Assembly (NCBI GenBank): GCA_023213395.1
Contig: CM041465.1
Span: 129,525,741 to 129,589,740, forward strand
Direction of reading: 5' to 3'
DNA length: 64,000 bases
Origin: Cycas panzhihuaensis
Lineage: Eukaryota; Plantae; Cycadophyta
Positions 28,796-42,277 of the stretch are shown in pieces. Position numbers and translations under genes: made by a program. The notes beneath the pieces were generated by a model. The model searched no databases and had not been told where the DNA came from. It saw nothing but the letters and a program-made list of their open reading frames with translations. The stretch's first letter is position 1, and each line of letters begins with the position of its first letter.

Positions 28796-29473
28796 GTATG
28801 ATAACCTAATGTATTTATGGTTTGAGGTCAATAGTAGTTATGTATGATCATGACCTTAATATATTAATTTATTGCCTAATTATCAAAATTATCTTATTTA
28901 ATATAAAGGTACACAGAAGTAGGAGGCATATATATTCACATTGACTTATATAATATATTTTGTAACATAGCGAATTATTAGGTATACATATTTATTTATT
29001 CAATTATATATATATATATATATATATCATGTTGTATATAGTAGTTATCAGAGGCATGGAGGCAAGCATACTATTAGGCATGTAAATTTATGTATTTAAT
29101 TTATTTATTTTTTCCACATCTTGGAACATAAGTTGTTGATAATAATATTAATAATATGTGATTATTCAATTAATAATATAATAGAATAAAAAATTATAGG
29201 ATTGTAAGCTCAAGATGTGACTAGTAATTTCATATATGTCTCTATTAAGTCAATGTATCTTTAGGACTAGAAATTTTGGTATGTCTCGGCTGGTTATGCC
29301 TATGACTATAATATATTTAATATCTCAACATGTACAAGTACATAATTATGTTACCTAAGTAATGTTATCAATGATCATTAATACATTATTGTGCCACTAG
29401 TTAACCATCACTCGGCGTGGAGGAAGTAGATTTAGTACTATACATAATGTACAACTTCTGCATAGCTTGGATC

Positions 29474-32400
29474 TGTTGGAATTTAAACCTATAATAAGAT
29501 ATTCACAAATAAAACAAACACCTCCAAGATTGAATTGTACCCTTAAGATACCTCAAATTGTATTAACAAAACATCCTTACCATAGATATTACATATGATA
29601 CACTATGTGTATATTTATAATATATGACATGATAGTGAGAGTAGGATCCACTTATATGTGGGACAAAAATAAACGTGCATTAATATTCCAACACTCTCCC
29701 TTAATTCACATTTAGATCATTTGTATTCGCAGTGCCTTGTCCTTAGAAATGTCTTGAAAATGATGTATTCAACTTGATCCTTATCTTCAATCTTGTTGTG
29801 ATGTCTTTGCTATAGAATGATGTCTTCATCTTGATTTTCGTCTTCAATTTTGTATTGATGCCTTTGTAAGATGATATCCTCAACTTGATTTCCATTTTCA
29901 ATTCTATAGTGACGATGTTGATGTAGCTGCTCTAGCAAGTTCACATCTTGATTCTTCATTGTGGCTAGTTTAGTCTAATTTTGACGAAGATCCTATAAGT
30001 AACCATCTTCAAACACAACTTGCTTGTCATCATTATCTTGTATAAGTTCTTGATCACCATGTACAACAGTGATTTCTTCAACCTTTGGAGCGGAATCTTG
30101 ATCAACTTGCATACTCTTTGAATCAATGCTTAAAATTGGGAGCATCATTTAGACTTGAATCAATACAAGACTCATCTTTTATGGGATCATTAGATTTACA
30201 TTCGATTTCTCTTGAAATAATAGTATCATCTAAATAAACCTTTATTGATTCATCACTTTCAATGTCTTCATCAATAGTTGTAGTCTCACCAATACATTCA
30301 ACCATCATTTCTTTACATTCAGTAGAAATTTCATTAGTACTCATACATTCTTTATCTTAATATGTCATTTCATCAGTGTTGATGATATTTTCTTCATTCA
30401 TTATACCTGTACTATAACCATAACTAACCTTAATTGCCTTTTCAATCATTCATTGTATCTCTTCAGGAGTTTGTTCAAATACTTCCTTTAAAAAATCCCA
30501 CGCTTCCTTAGCAGTACTTGCACATTGAATCTTAGGAATAATGGAATAGTATGCGAAAGGAAGATCAACCTCATCGAATGTAGCACAGATAATGATGCAT
30601 ACCTTTTTATCTTTCTTTTCAAGCATTTCCTTTTCTTCTTCATTCTTAGGGATATCATATCCATCAGTAACAATGTTTTACAAACCTCTAACTATGAATA
30701 AGCATTTCATTTTAATTGTCCAAAAGATGTAGTCTTCTCCATTACACTTAGGTATTGAAAGAAGTAAATCCTTTAAGTAGTATTCATTTGTTTCAGAAAC
30801 ATATATAACCACATCATTTTCCTCCATAATTATAAATGCCATTTCCTGACACCACATCCCCTTAATCAACAAACTCATTTATCATTGCCTATTGATCACT
30901 CTCAACAAAATTTCTTATGTCTTATATCTCTCACATCACATCTCTCATATTGTCAAATAGTCGCATACAACAAGTATCTAAAACACTTACTCCACCATCA
31001 AATCAATGCCTCATAAATCTCATAATAATCATACATGTTGCATGTTGGCATTATATCACATCACTCTTCAATTAATTGCCCACAACACAACTCATTACTC
31101 ATATACAACTCAACAAAGTCTTTTAATAAACTCATCCTTTTTTGCTCATTCACATCATAAAACATGTCTAATTTCATCCTTAGACATACCCAATAAAGTG
31201 TCCAATCTTGTCAAAGATTTACAATTGTCTTATTTAATCACACATCCTTTATCATTTACCAAAACATTGTGATATCACCATAGCATGTCATTGCCACAAT
31301 AGCTCTTTATGTAACCACATACAACAAGCTTCAATCACCTACTTGCCTATGTCATGCCCCAATTACCATATAACTTATATGAATAAGCACCTCATTGCCT
31401 CAAATTTGCCTTATCATGCCATAAAGATCACATTCCAAGGAGTACTAAGTCACCATATGCCACTCAACTTACTCATGCATAATCGCCTCAATAAAACACA
31501 TGTAAGAAAGTACTCAATTGCCATTAAATAATTACCATCATGTATCTCAAGTTACTAATAGAGTGCCAAATATATCAACATGAATTAATATTGTCTCACA
31601 TTACTAAGGTACTCTCCCATGTACAACATACACATGATAGCCTCAAATAAACACCTTATATTGCATCATTATCCAAATTATTCTTCCATGTAGATTACAT
31701 GCTTGCTCAACATGCCTTCTCATACAAATGTAAGCTAGGATGCATATCATCATCACATCACCAACAATGGGTCACAAACATACAATCATCTCATATCTCA
31801 TGCAGGAAATTACCATGCCAATGTCAAAAGTCACTACTTTATCATTAATTAATAGTGCAAAATACTTATATCACCTCATTACCATTATCTCATTCACATC
31901 ACCATATCAATATAAAACCCTTAAATTCCTTAAAAAAAATTATTTTTGAAAAAAACACTTATATAGCTCAAAAATACATAAAATATGCATGGAAATGATG
32001 ACCTCTAAAATATGATTCCAACGATTTAAATGAAATTGAATTCTGATATCTAGATCAAAAGTTATGCCCCTTTAAGAATTTCATAATTAGGGTTTTTAGG
32101 GACTGTAATAGTACCTTTTGATAAAATAATAATAGATTTTTACTCTAAACTCTAATGAATCTCAAACTACTTCCATTAGAAATTAAATTAAAAAATACAT
32201 AGAATAAAAAAAAAATTAAGGTTATTTGGATACTTGTAGCTAAAGTTATGACTCTTTGAAGTTGAAGTTGCAGATCTATCCCAAAAATACGGTGACAAAA
32301 AAAAATAGGCTGAAATTAATTTTGCTATAATTTTCATACTTTCGCCCTAAAATCTATAGTACAACCGCTCAAAATTTATAGAACAAGCCATTTTATCTCC

Positions 32401-32751
32401 ATTTAGCCATTACTTTTTAGAAATTTCAACATTTATTCTCTCAAATATGCTTTCCACCCTTGATGGCACCTCCCAAATCACCGCTCTAATACCGAACAAA
32501 AACACCTCTCTTAACCTGGGTGCTCTGATACCATGTTGGAAATCAACCTGCAATAAGATATTCACAAATAAAATAAACACCTCTATGATCAAATAGTACC
32601 CTTAAGGTACCTCAAATTGTATTAACAAAACATCCTTACCATAGATATTACATATGATACACTATGTATGTATTTATAATATATGACATGATAGTAAGAG
32701 TAGACCCACTTACATGTGGGACAAAAACAAATGTGCATTAATATTCTAATA
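29474..32751 (-). mobile_element. Element G: 3.3-kb gag-only (TR-GAG-like) Copia derivative
   Basis: LTRs 29474-29693 and 32534-32751; perfect PBS complement gctctgatacca at 32522; PPT complement ctctcccttaat at 29694; TSD ggatc/ggctc; no pol. Confidence 0.92.
29715..30878 (-). pseudogene. Truncated Copia gag fused to an acidic tail with 18-aa repeats
   Basis: IPKCNGEDYIFWTIKMKCLF (gag N-terminus), AKEAWDFLK, then D/E-rich tail ending in three Q(R/H)xxKIEDxxQxEDII units (29760-29925). Confidence 0.8.
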
Positions 32752-33363
32752 GGCTCTAAGACAAGTATTTTCCATATGTATTCAAAGATTATATAAAATA
32801 TGCAAATGACGGTCAATATTAGTCAACATGCAATATGTAGATGATAGTCAATACGAGCCAATATGAAATATCTAATAAACAATAATGATATGCATCTTAT
32901 ATTAATGTTAAGTCATGCCAATACAAAATTTAGTGAGAAATATACAATAGTCAATATATGTATGTATCACAAGAATATAGGAATAAGAGGGGAAGATAAA
33001 GTTGAAGATTTATATAATGATGTAATAGACTTGGTGAAATGAAAAGGTCAAGATGAGATGAATTTGCAATAGGAGATAGAAGCTGGGGAGGCTTAAAAAG
33101 AAAATTAAAATTAAAAATCACTTCACTTTAATACCACTTGTAGTGGATCTCATGTCTACTACCAGAAATAAATGTAAGCTGGTTAAATATTCTTTTAAGA
33201 AACATACTTTATTATATTGAATTTAAAAAATATGATGATTATACATGATTTGGGGGGCATATAAATATCAATGCAATACCCCTTTGATAAGTCACAACCC
33301 TAAGTCGTGTCTTTTAAATAACTAGTTTATTATTATAATTAGTTGCAAAGTTACAATATTGAT

Positions 33364-33625
33364 CTTTTGGCAATATAGAGTGGCACAATGGTTATACTAA
33401 TTAATAATTATAATACCATCTATTTGTTAATAAATTCAGAGTTCCAAGCCCATGTAAAGCATATTGAGATCTAACACCATTATATTCATGAGAAAATTTT
33501 AACAGGGAAGTTGCAAATCAAATACTATCTAAGCAAAGATCAACTTATAGATATATTCACAAAAGTACTTACTAAACATCAATTCACAAATCTTTGAGCC
33601 AAGTTGGGATTTAGCAATGTTATCA
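33364..33625 (+). pseudogene. Element B RNase H 3' part
   Basis: FQAHVKHIEI..HYIHEK..DQLIDIFTKVL. Confidence 0.9.
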
Positions 33626-33717
33626 TTGAGGGAGGATGTATTACTAAGGATAATTCCTACCTTCGCTTGGATATTTCTAATTAAAGACTAATTCCCTATA
33701 TTTTTATTAAGCAAGGA

Positions 33718-34045
33718 TGTAAGATTGACTAAGTGTTAATGATATCGTTAATATAAATGTGGTTTAATTAATGAATTGATTAGTTGAATGGCCATAATTA
33801 ATGAAGAGTTATATCTCTTTAGATGGGCGTACCATATGGGTTTCAATATATATCGAGCCCTAAGGCATATGTATCATTTCATTATGGTGTAATCAAGGTA
33901 ACAATTAATTTAGCTTCATGATTTTTTTCTCAAAAGGGTTTTTCCATGTATATTTAGTGTATTATTCTTTATTATTTGATGCTTATTATCTATGCTAAAG
34001 ATTTAGATGTATGTTATACATATTAAACTATTCATAATCTTCACA
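33718..34045 (+). repeat. 3' LTR of element B
   Basis: Matches 7649-7972; preceded by decayed PPT attaagcaagga. Confidence 0.85.
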
Positions 34046-34984
34046 AATGCCTTACCTTTCTTATTTCACAAAAAAGGTTAGATTTATTGATGGAGAATCA
34101 AAATTAATGAAGTAACTTGATGAGGGGAGTTGGCTTGGCCGTTGTTCACTTTGACTCTCTATTCTAATGGTGTTTCCTAGTTTAAAATAATAGTATGTTT
34201 TTTGCCTCTACCATTCATAAGATTATATAGCTCTTTGTCTTAGGAGGTATCTTAAGTTAGAAGCTGTCCTCTTTATTTACAAATGACAAGTCATCTCCTA
34301 GCATGATTCTTCACAATTAACTTTCTGATTTTGAGTGAACTCTTTCGTGGGAGGTTCTTTTAAAAGTTGCTCAACACCTCTCTAAAGATTTCAAATATAG
34401 CCACTAACTTTCTAATTAATGATTTTAAAACTCTCTTTTAATTAAAGAGAGATTTTATCATTAAAGATTAACTTAAGGGTTAATTTTCCCTCTTGTGATG
34501 TCTCTCTGCTTTTTAAAGGGATCATTGTCTTCAATGATTAATGGTCCTTTATTCAAGAGCACTTATCTAGTATTGTTGAAATATGCAATGGAAATCATTC
34601 AAGATCATTTAATATTCAAGATTAATAGAACAAGGGATATAATATGATAGCATTAACTCATAATAAATAAGATTACATTACAATGTCTCCACAACCATAA
34701 TATTATCATAATGAACTCCATCTTTGCTTAATATGATTTACTCCACCTCAACCACTTATTTATACAACATAAGGGAGAGAGAGTAATAAAACTTGAGTTA
34801 CATGTAGGAAAAATGACCTTCAATACAACCAATGATATATAACCTACTTATTGACCAATAACCTAATGACCACTTACATGCACAAGTGTGCATTACATAC
34901 TTAGATACTTACATATTAAACATTATCTTCCAACACCTCTCCATAATGTTTAATATCAAGATAACAAAAATTGAATTCTAAAGA

Positions 34985-36196
34985 CACCATAACACTAAGT
35001 ACTATGGACTAACTAAAACTAAAATATGACTCCACATAAGGCATTACTTTAAATTTACAATGTTGCGATCTTGGAATACTCTTAAAGACAATATCTTCAC
35101 TTTGATCTTTATCCAGATTCCTATAGTATTATCCTTGAAGCATTTTTCTAGAGTGATGGTCATTGAGCTTAACTCTCTTCATCTTTATGTGTAAGAATGA
35201 ATCCTTTGTCATGTAAAATGTGTAGTAGACCATGGTCAAATAAACTTGATCTTGGTGTAAACCTCTTAGGTGATCCTATATGTACTCATCAAAAACATCT
35301 TGGAATTTGAGGTGTATATCAAGTATGCCTTATGTCATTAGTTCAGCTATCACTTACTTGTCTTTATTTTCTTCAACATATGAGTGATCAACATCTGTTG
35401 AACTAATGTCATAATTTGAAGATAAGTCAACAAAATAAGAATCAACATCATTTGAGATATGATCATCCATATCCAAATTTTGTATGTGTTCCTTCTTTTG
35501 ATTAATATATCCACAAGTAACTCCTCCAACCTCTAGAGCAAAGTCTTCATCTTCTTGAGAGCAATTTAAGTTAGATCCAATAATCAAATTAAGAATTATA
35601 TTTATACCAACTTTATCTCCAACAAAGTAATCAAATTTTATTTTATCCTCCCCTGAAACAATAGACTCATCTAGAGAATCTTCTAATGATTGGTCATAAT
35701 CAATAGTAGTTAAATCATACTTAGTGATCTCATCAGGCTCAACAATGCATTCATCGATAGTCTCATTAATTTCTTCATATATCTCTTTTCCTAAATCAAT
35801 AGTACTCTCGTCATCATCCTTTTTATATATATTATAACAATCAACAATTTTGGCTACCTTTTCAAGAACCTCTTCCATCTCTTAAGGGCTCCTTTCATAT
35901 GCATCCTTCAATAAATTCTAGGCCTTATTATTAGTATCGATATTTTAAATTATATGAAAGAGAAATTAGTAAGAAGATGAAAGATTTTCCTTATTAAAAG
36001 CTGATAGTACAACATCAATTATTAATTAATTCTTTTTCTCAAAACTTTCCTCCCCTTCTTCATCAATTATTGTAGTACCATCATAAACAACTTTTCATAA
36101 CTTTTTAGTCATAAATATACATTCCATTTTAATTGTCCATATTCAAAAATGTGTTCTAAAGTATTTGGGTAAGGCCTAGGGAAAACCAAAATTCAT
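34985..36196 (-). pseudogene. Truncated Copia gag with acidic tail, homologous to that of G
   Basis: IWTIKMECIFMTKKL*KVV, then MEEVLEKVAKIV..DQSLEDSLDESIVSGE (ORF 35354-35878) aligning with G ESIKVYLDDTIISRE. Confidence 0.8.
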
Positions 36197-36682
36197 TCTT
36201 TTTTGGCATAAAAACAATAATAGCGTCCAGCTCCATGATGTAGGACTGAGTTGATTATAAGCACATTACTCAAGATTCATGCATCAACTTTGAACAAAAA
36301 TAAGTCCATCAAATTACAAGCAAATACCCTTAAATTATATGCCAAAATGACCGTATCTAAAAAATAGTTCCAATGCCTTAAATTGTTTGGGAAATAGATG
36401 CCTGAATAGAGAGATATAAGGGAAAACGTGTGAGAACCCCTTTATAAGACTAAATTGATAATGTTAGGAGATAAGCTCCTTTAGAGGATAAGCTACAGGT
36501 CGCATTAAGACTCCATATAACCAAGGGCTTTTTTTTTTGGTAAGATAAAATGAATTAAAGTGGGTTTGAAAACAGGCTCCCACAACCTAGTACATCATCA
36601 ATAGAAGACTGCACAATCAGTATTATCCATGACAACCCCACGGAATAGGCCAAAAACTAGGGTGCTGGGACAAGCCCCACGG

Positions 36683-39600
36683 CTAGCTGCTGCGGATCAA
36701 ATCCTTGTCAACTAGAGTCAGAAGATCCCTAGGAAAATCATCTCTCCATACTTGACTAGTCCTGTTCCTCACCCCCCAATTAGCCAAGAAGTCTGCAGCT
36801 TTGTTGCCTTCTCTCAGAGTGTGTCTGATACAGACATACGGCAACCTCTGATAATATCTTATGCATCTTTGATTATGTCTTGATATCTCTAATCCGGAAG
36901 AGCCTCACCTTTAACGAATTTACCACCACTTCAGAGTCCCCCTCAAGCACCAACTTCTGGATACCCCCTAAACGGGCTAAGTCGAGGGCTTTTAGCATGG
37001 CATGCATTTCTGCATAATTGTTCATTTGACTCTCGTAGTAGTCCGCAAAGGCCCAGATGAGGGAGTTATTGCAATCCCTGCAGATTCCCCCTCCCCCGGC
37101 TTCACTAGGGTTCCCTTTCGCTGCCCCATCAAAATTTATTTTGAGCCAGGGCTCCTCTAGAGGGATCCATCTAGTGCTTATGGGATTGGGGACCATGAAT
37201 TCAGGTTCTATGCCCCATTTGAGCAAGATCCTACTCTCTGACGGGGATATGTGCTTTTCTTTGGACTTGCCAACGTTTTCCTTTATGTCTGAGCAAATTA
37301 CATTGTAGCGACCATATGGTCCTGCTTTTTCACGGAAGATCCTCATTTCCTTTCTTTGAGATATTCCAAGCCAAAATCGGGGAGCATATTCTTCCAGATC
37401 TGGTGAGGATGTTACTTTTGAATGGGCTTTGCCAGGCGAGCTAGAGATCAGTTGGTTTGTGCGAAAATGTCCAGCACACTTCCAGCTTTCCCAGCAACAG
37501 CCTCCAAACTTCCCTTGTGAAGGGGCACTCTAGGATAATATGATCAATGGATTCCTCTCCTTTACAGCATAAAATGCATCTGTTGGCCATCAGAAAGCCT
37601 CTTTTTTGCAGGTTGTCTATAGTGAGAATTTTGTTTTTGAGACAGGTCCACCAGAAGAGAGTTATTTTCGGGATAAGGGGGAGCCTCCAAACACCTTCCA
37701 GCAGCGGGTCTTTTTTGTCCCCTCTGTTCAAACACAAGTACTGGTAACCCTGTTGCACTGTGCACTCCCTAGATGAGCTCGAGGGCCACACCATCGAGTC
37801 CTGCGAAGGGGATCTAGGGATATAGCTCTTCCCTAGGATCCTTTTGATCTTATTTATGCCCTCCTGCATGCTACCTATCCCGTGGATATCCTCAAAATTC
37901 CTCCAGGACCTTCTCCCCTCTCTCCCTGACCAATAGTCTTTAATCATTTTGCCATATTGCCTAACGCAGGGACCCATTAAAGGCAACAGGTCAGGAAACT
38001 CCTTCAAAGGCTTCTCACAGCACCACACGTCTTCCCAAAATCTGATGGAATTGCCATCTCCCAGTCTCCATTTTAAGCCATCTCTGATAGCTCCCCAAGC
38101 TTTAAGAATACTCCTCCAAATGGTAGAGCCAGCCAAGGATAAGCTGCTATCTAAAAGGGAGCCCCTCTGTATATATTTTCTAGAAAGGATCCTCTCCCAA
38201 AGTCTATCCCCCCCTTTAAGTAGTCTCCACCCAAGCTTTGCCCCCAGGGCGACATTGAAGAGAGGGAGTCTTCGCAGATTGAGGCCACCAGCCCATTTCG
38301 GGGAACAAACTTTATTCCAACTTACCAAATGGATCCTATCTTTTGTTTCAGTCCCAGACCAAAGAAATCTTTTCTGAATTGATTCGATGATGTCTGAGAT
38401 ACCAGGCGGAACCCTAAATATGGACATCCAAAACACTTGAATGCTTTGAAGGGTAGAAGCAACTAACGGGAGTTTTCCAGCTAGACTCAGGAGGGCACCT
38501 TTCCAGCCCGCTAACTTTCTTTGCATCCTATCTATAAGAGGGTTCGACATATCTTTGGGCATCTTGCCTACAAAAAGGGGCAAACCTAGGTAGATTGTAG
38601 GGAGCTTTTTGATATCCATCCCAAGAATTCTGCTAATCCTGCCTTGGGTGCGTCCCAGAGTGTTTAAGAAAAAGACATTGCTCTTCCTGAGGCTTATCTT
38701 CTAGTTCGTGGCCTTCTCGAAAAGCCCCAGGATCTCTTTAAATCTGGAGGCCTCCCTTACAGACGCTTTCCCAAGAAAGATATTGTCGTCTACAAATTGG
38801 TGGTGTACCACATTGTCCACCAGATGTCGGGTTTGATCTTGGTTTAAGAACCCCGCCTCTAGCGGACTCTAGGGTTACGCCCACTTCGACCATCGTAATG
38901 AATTAGAAGGGAGAAAGGGGATCTCCTTGTCTCAGCCCCCTATGTCCGGGAAAAAACCTGGAGGATGACCCATTGATAATGACAGAAATTTGGGGATTGC
39001 GATACACGGCTTGATCCAGTCGCCATGGTTCCCCAAAGCCGAAGGCCTCTAGGCAATTCAACAGGCATTCCCAGGATACTCTATCAAAAGCCTTCGTGAG
39101 GTCGATCTTGATGAGCATTGCGGGCTCCTTCCTTTCAGCAGCTGAATGGATTGTTTCGTGTACAACAATATATCCGTCGTAAATCTGTCTACCACGAAGG
39201 AACTGAATCACGGTTGTGGGAGATAATATTTGGCATAATTCTCTTTAGCCTATTAACCAGTACTTTAGTTAAAATCTTGTATTTAACATTGCAAAGACTG
39301 ATTAGGCGAAACTCCTCCATCCTATTCGCGCCTTCTTTTTTGGGGATGAGGACAAGGAATGTAGTCTGCCATTCCTGAAGCATCTTTTTGTTTGTATAGA
39401 ACTCCTGCAAAGCTTCCATTAAATATTCTTTAATAATATCCCAATACTCCTGGAAGAAGCCCAGAGGAAAGCCATCAGGGCCAGGAGATTTATCCTTTTT
39501 CATACCAAAAAGGGCCTTCCTGACCTCCTCCAATGTGAACGGCGCAGTCAGCTGCGTGTTTTGAGCTTCATTCACTAACCTGGGTATATTGTTTAGAAAG

Positions 39601-40865
39601 TCTCTTCTATTGTCCATATCCCCATCTTGGGGTTCAGTGAATAGATCCTTAAAGTAGTCACTGGCCAACTCCTTCATTTCTTCGGTCGAGCTAACCATAA
39701 AGCCATCTTCCTTTTGAAGACTAGAAATCCTATTGCTGGCTCTATGTTTAACTGTAGTCATGTGAAAAAATTTTGTATTCCTGTCGCCTTCTACCAACCA
39801 TAGAGCCCTAGATTTCTGTCTCCAGTGGATTTCTTCTCTGATGAGGGTCTCATCCAGTTTCTCCACCAGTTCCTTTTCAGTCTTATCTAGCTCAGGGGAT
39901 CTACCCGTGTGTTCAATCCTATCCTCAATGTCTTTCAGATCACTGATAGTTTTATCCTTCTGCAGATGGATATTTTGGAAAACCTCCTTGTTCCAAGCCT
40001 TTACTTGCTTTTTAATCCATTCCAACTTCTTCGAAAATCTAAACATTGCATGGCCCTTGATTTAGATTCTCCACCATTCCTCGACCCTGTTCCTGAGGTC
40101 TGGGTGACGAAGCCACATTAGTTCGAACCTGAAGGGGGAACCTATGAATTTATTCAGGTCCAAAAATTGAAGTAAGAGCGGAGAGTGATCTGAGCTAATC
40201 CTCGGTAATGCCTCAAGGGTGAAGTCGTTGAAGCTCCTCATCCAGTCATAATTGACCAACGCCCTGTCTAATTTAATTTGAATTAGATCGTTCCCCAGAC
40301 GTTTGTTTGACCAAGTGTATGAGGCCCCCCTCAGATTCATACCCTCTAACCCCCCCTGCTGAAGGAAGTCACTAAACTCTCCCATGCTGGTTGTCCAACC
40401 CCCAGATCCCCCTTTCTTGTCACCCGGGGTCAGCGCCGAGTTGAAGTCGCCCGCCAGCAGCCAAGGTTGCTGGCAATCCCTGTGGGCTACCAAAAGTCTG
40501 TCCCATAATCTCTTCCTGGCAACTTGATAGTTGGGGGCATAGACGTTAGTGGCTATCCACGAAAGGTTGTTGCTTTTATTTGTTAATCGAACTGATATGA
40601 AAGACCCCTCCACCAGGAAGGGCTCTCCCGACCAAGTTGACGGATTCCAAAGGACCATTAAGCCCCCAGCCCCTTGGGCGTAATCGATCCCAAAACTTTC
40701 AACAGTCTTCCAAATTTTGTTCTTGATTATTGGACCATTCTCCTTATTGATTTTAGTTTCCTGCAGGAATACCAGATCCGGTAGGAATTTGGCTCTCATA
40801 TCCCTGATAATCCTCTGCTTCGAAGGGGCGTTCAGACCCCTAATGTTCCATGATATCAACTTCAT
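36683..40865 (-). pseudogene. L1b ORF2: APE endonuclease, RT, zf-RVT, RNase H; broken by several frameshifts
   Basis: MKLISWNIRGLN, LQETK, GDFN, SDHSPL, KSPGPDGF, GLRQGDPLSPF, HQFVDD, CILCCKGEESIDHIILECPF, WLKINFDGAAKGNP, LEGDS. Confidence 0.95.
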
Positions 40866-42271
40866 CTCCTTTTCCTTTGCTTCCAGACTTCAGCAGGCTC
40901 TCCTTTCGGAGGCTCTTTGCCTATCGTACTGGATCTAAGTGTAGGCCCTTCCAAAAAAGCTTCCTTTAAAGTTTTCTAGTTGCCTTGGTCTACTTGGGCA
41001 GCCGTTTCTCTCTCTCTCAGAGTCTTCAGAGGAGGCCTCCCAACCTTCTTTTCGATGCCCACATCCGGCTGCTTTTTCTGGGAACTCTATTGAGGTGTTG
41101 GATCTGGGCCTGGCACTCTTAGATCCTCTAGAATGGCCACTTCCTCCACAGCTCTAACCCACTGTCTCTGGTTCTCGATTTCCTTAGGATCATCATCCCC
41201 GGTAACGGTGGGGGGCACATCTAGCCTTCCCTCAGCTTGCTTGTCCCCAGCCGTGGGAATGCAGATGGGATAGATTGAATCTTGCCGTGGATTCGTGGAG
41301 GAGGAACCCCTAAACTGGCTTCAACAACCTAGTTGCCCGAGACCAAAGCAGCCTAAGGAGTTAACTCACCTTCCTCCAACAGTGTATCCTCCTCATTAGG
41401 GTCAAAACCCAAATTCCCAAAAGGGGTCGATGAATCGGATGATTAGCATGTTCTGGTACCGCATCCCGATCCTTATCCTCCCTATCCTGGAGGTCTGGTT
41501 TAGTGGACTCCTTGTTTGTCTCATCCTTGTTAGGCTGGACCCCTGGGCATTTTTGTGGCAAATGCCCCAAGTTTCAGCAAGGGGAACATCTTATATGGTC
41601 CATTTCGTAGATCAGTGGCTGCGCCCAACTCCCATCCAGCATGTCCATCCAAATGTCGTCCAGGAGGGGTTTATCCAGCCGTATTAAAGCACATATTCTA
41701 GCGTTGATGAGTCTAGTTCTATTCCTTGTCGCAGAGTCAACTGCCAGCAGAGGACCCACAACTTTAGCAATACCTTTAAAAACTTCTGGGTTCCAATGGT
41801 GTAACGAAAGACCCGGAAGTTGAATCCATAGAGGAGCTTGTTTAATTTTAGGAGTAGAGGGATCAAAGTCCCTATGCCATTTCTCAAGTGACAAAGCTCT
41901 CCTGCTAAACATCCATGGAGCCCTAATCAAGATGCTGGACATGTCCTCATAAGAGGAAAATTTAAACAATACACATCCCTTTGGCATGGCAATTACTTCT
42001 ACTCCTCCAGCCGTTTTCCATTTTGCTCTTGTCCGACTTTCCGATAGTCTCAAGCTTAGGCACTGGTCAGGAATCTACCAACAAGGCAGTTCTCCCAAAG
42101 TTTTTCCATTCTCTCCACAAGGGCTAGGGGTATTTTTAATCTCACTTTGTTATCAGTAACTACTGGTGTAAGGTTGAAGGTTTCCTCTTCATTTGTTTTT
42201 AGGACGTCTCGGTAAGATTTCCCCAAGGTCAAGTTGGGGGTCTGAGTCTGGTTTTGAAAATTGTGATCCAT
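40862..42271 (-). pseudogene. L1b ORF1 (DUF4283/RRM-like, zinc knuckle), frameshifted
   Basis: SYRDVLK, WENCLVGRF, APWMFSRRALSLEKW, LWIQLPGL, RCSPC..GHLPQKCP; stop overlaps the ORF2 ATG. Confidence 0.9.
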
Positions 42272-42277
42272 TTTCAA

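Larger units (their letters stand above)
26954..33358 (-). mobile_element. Element F: Ty3/Gypsy (chromovirus-like) derivative with gag and protease only; host of G
   Basis: LTRs 26954-27173 and 33139-33358; perfect TSD TTGAT; PBS complement ctttaatacca at 33126-33136; PPT complement agtccctcc at 27174. Confidence 0.9.
7649..34045 (+). mobile_element. Element B: old full-length Ty1/Copia, host of nested insertions C and F
   Basis: LTRs 7649-7972 and 33718-34045 align end to end (both end aatcttcaca); degenerate TSD gatgt/aatgc; gag-PR-INT-RT-RH pieces are collinear once the inserts are removed; same family as M. Confidence 0.85.

Noticed and set aside
29005-29027. (TA)n microsatellite and poly-T runs (23667-23790)
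   Set aside because: Ordinary low-complexity sequence.
36873-37346. RNase H domain and FVDD RT motif in L1 as novelties
   Set aside because: C-terminal RNase H is established for plant L1s; FVDD occurs in both copies and is a minor variant.
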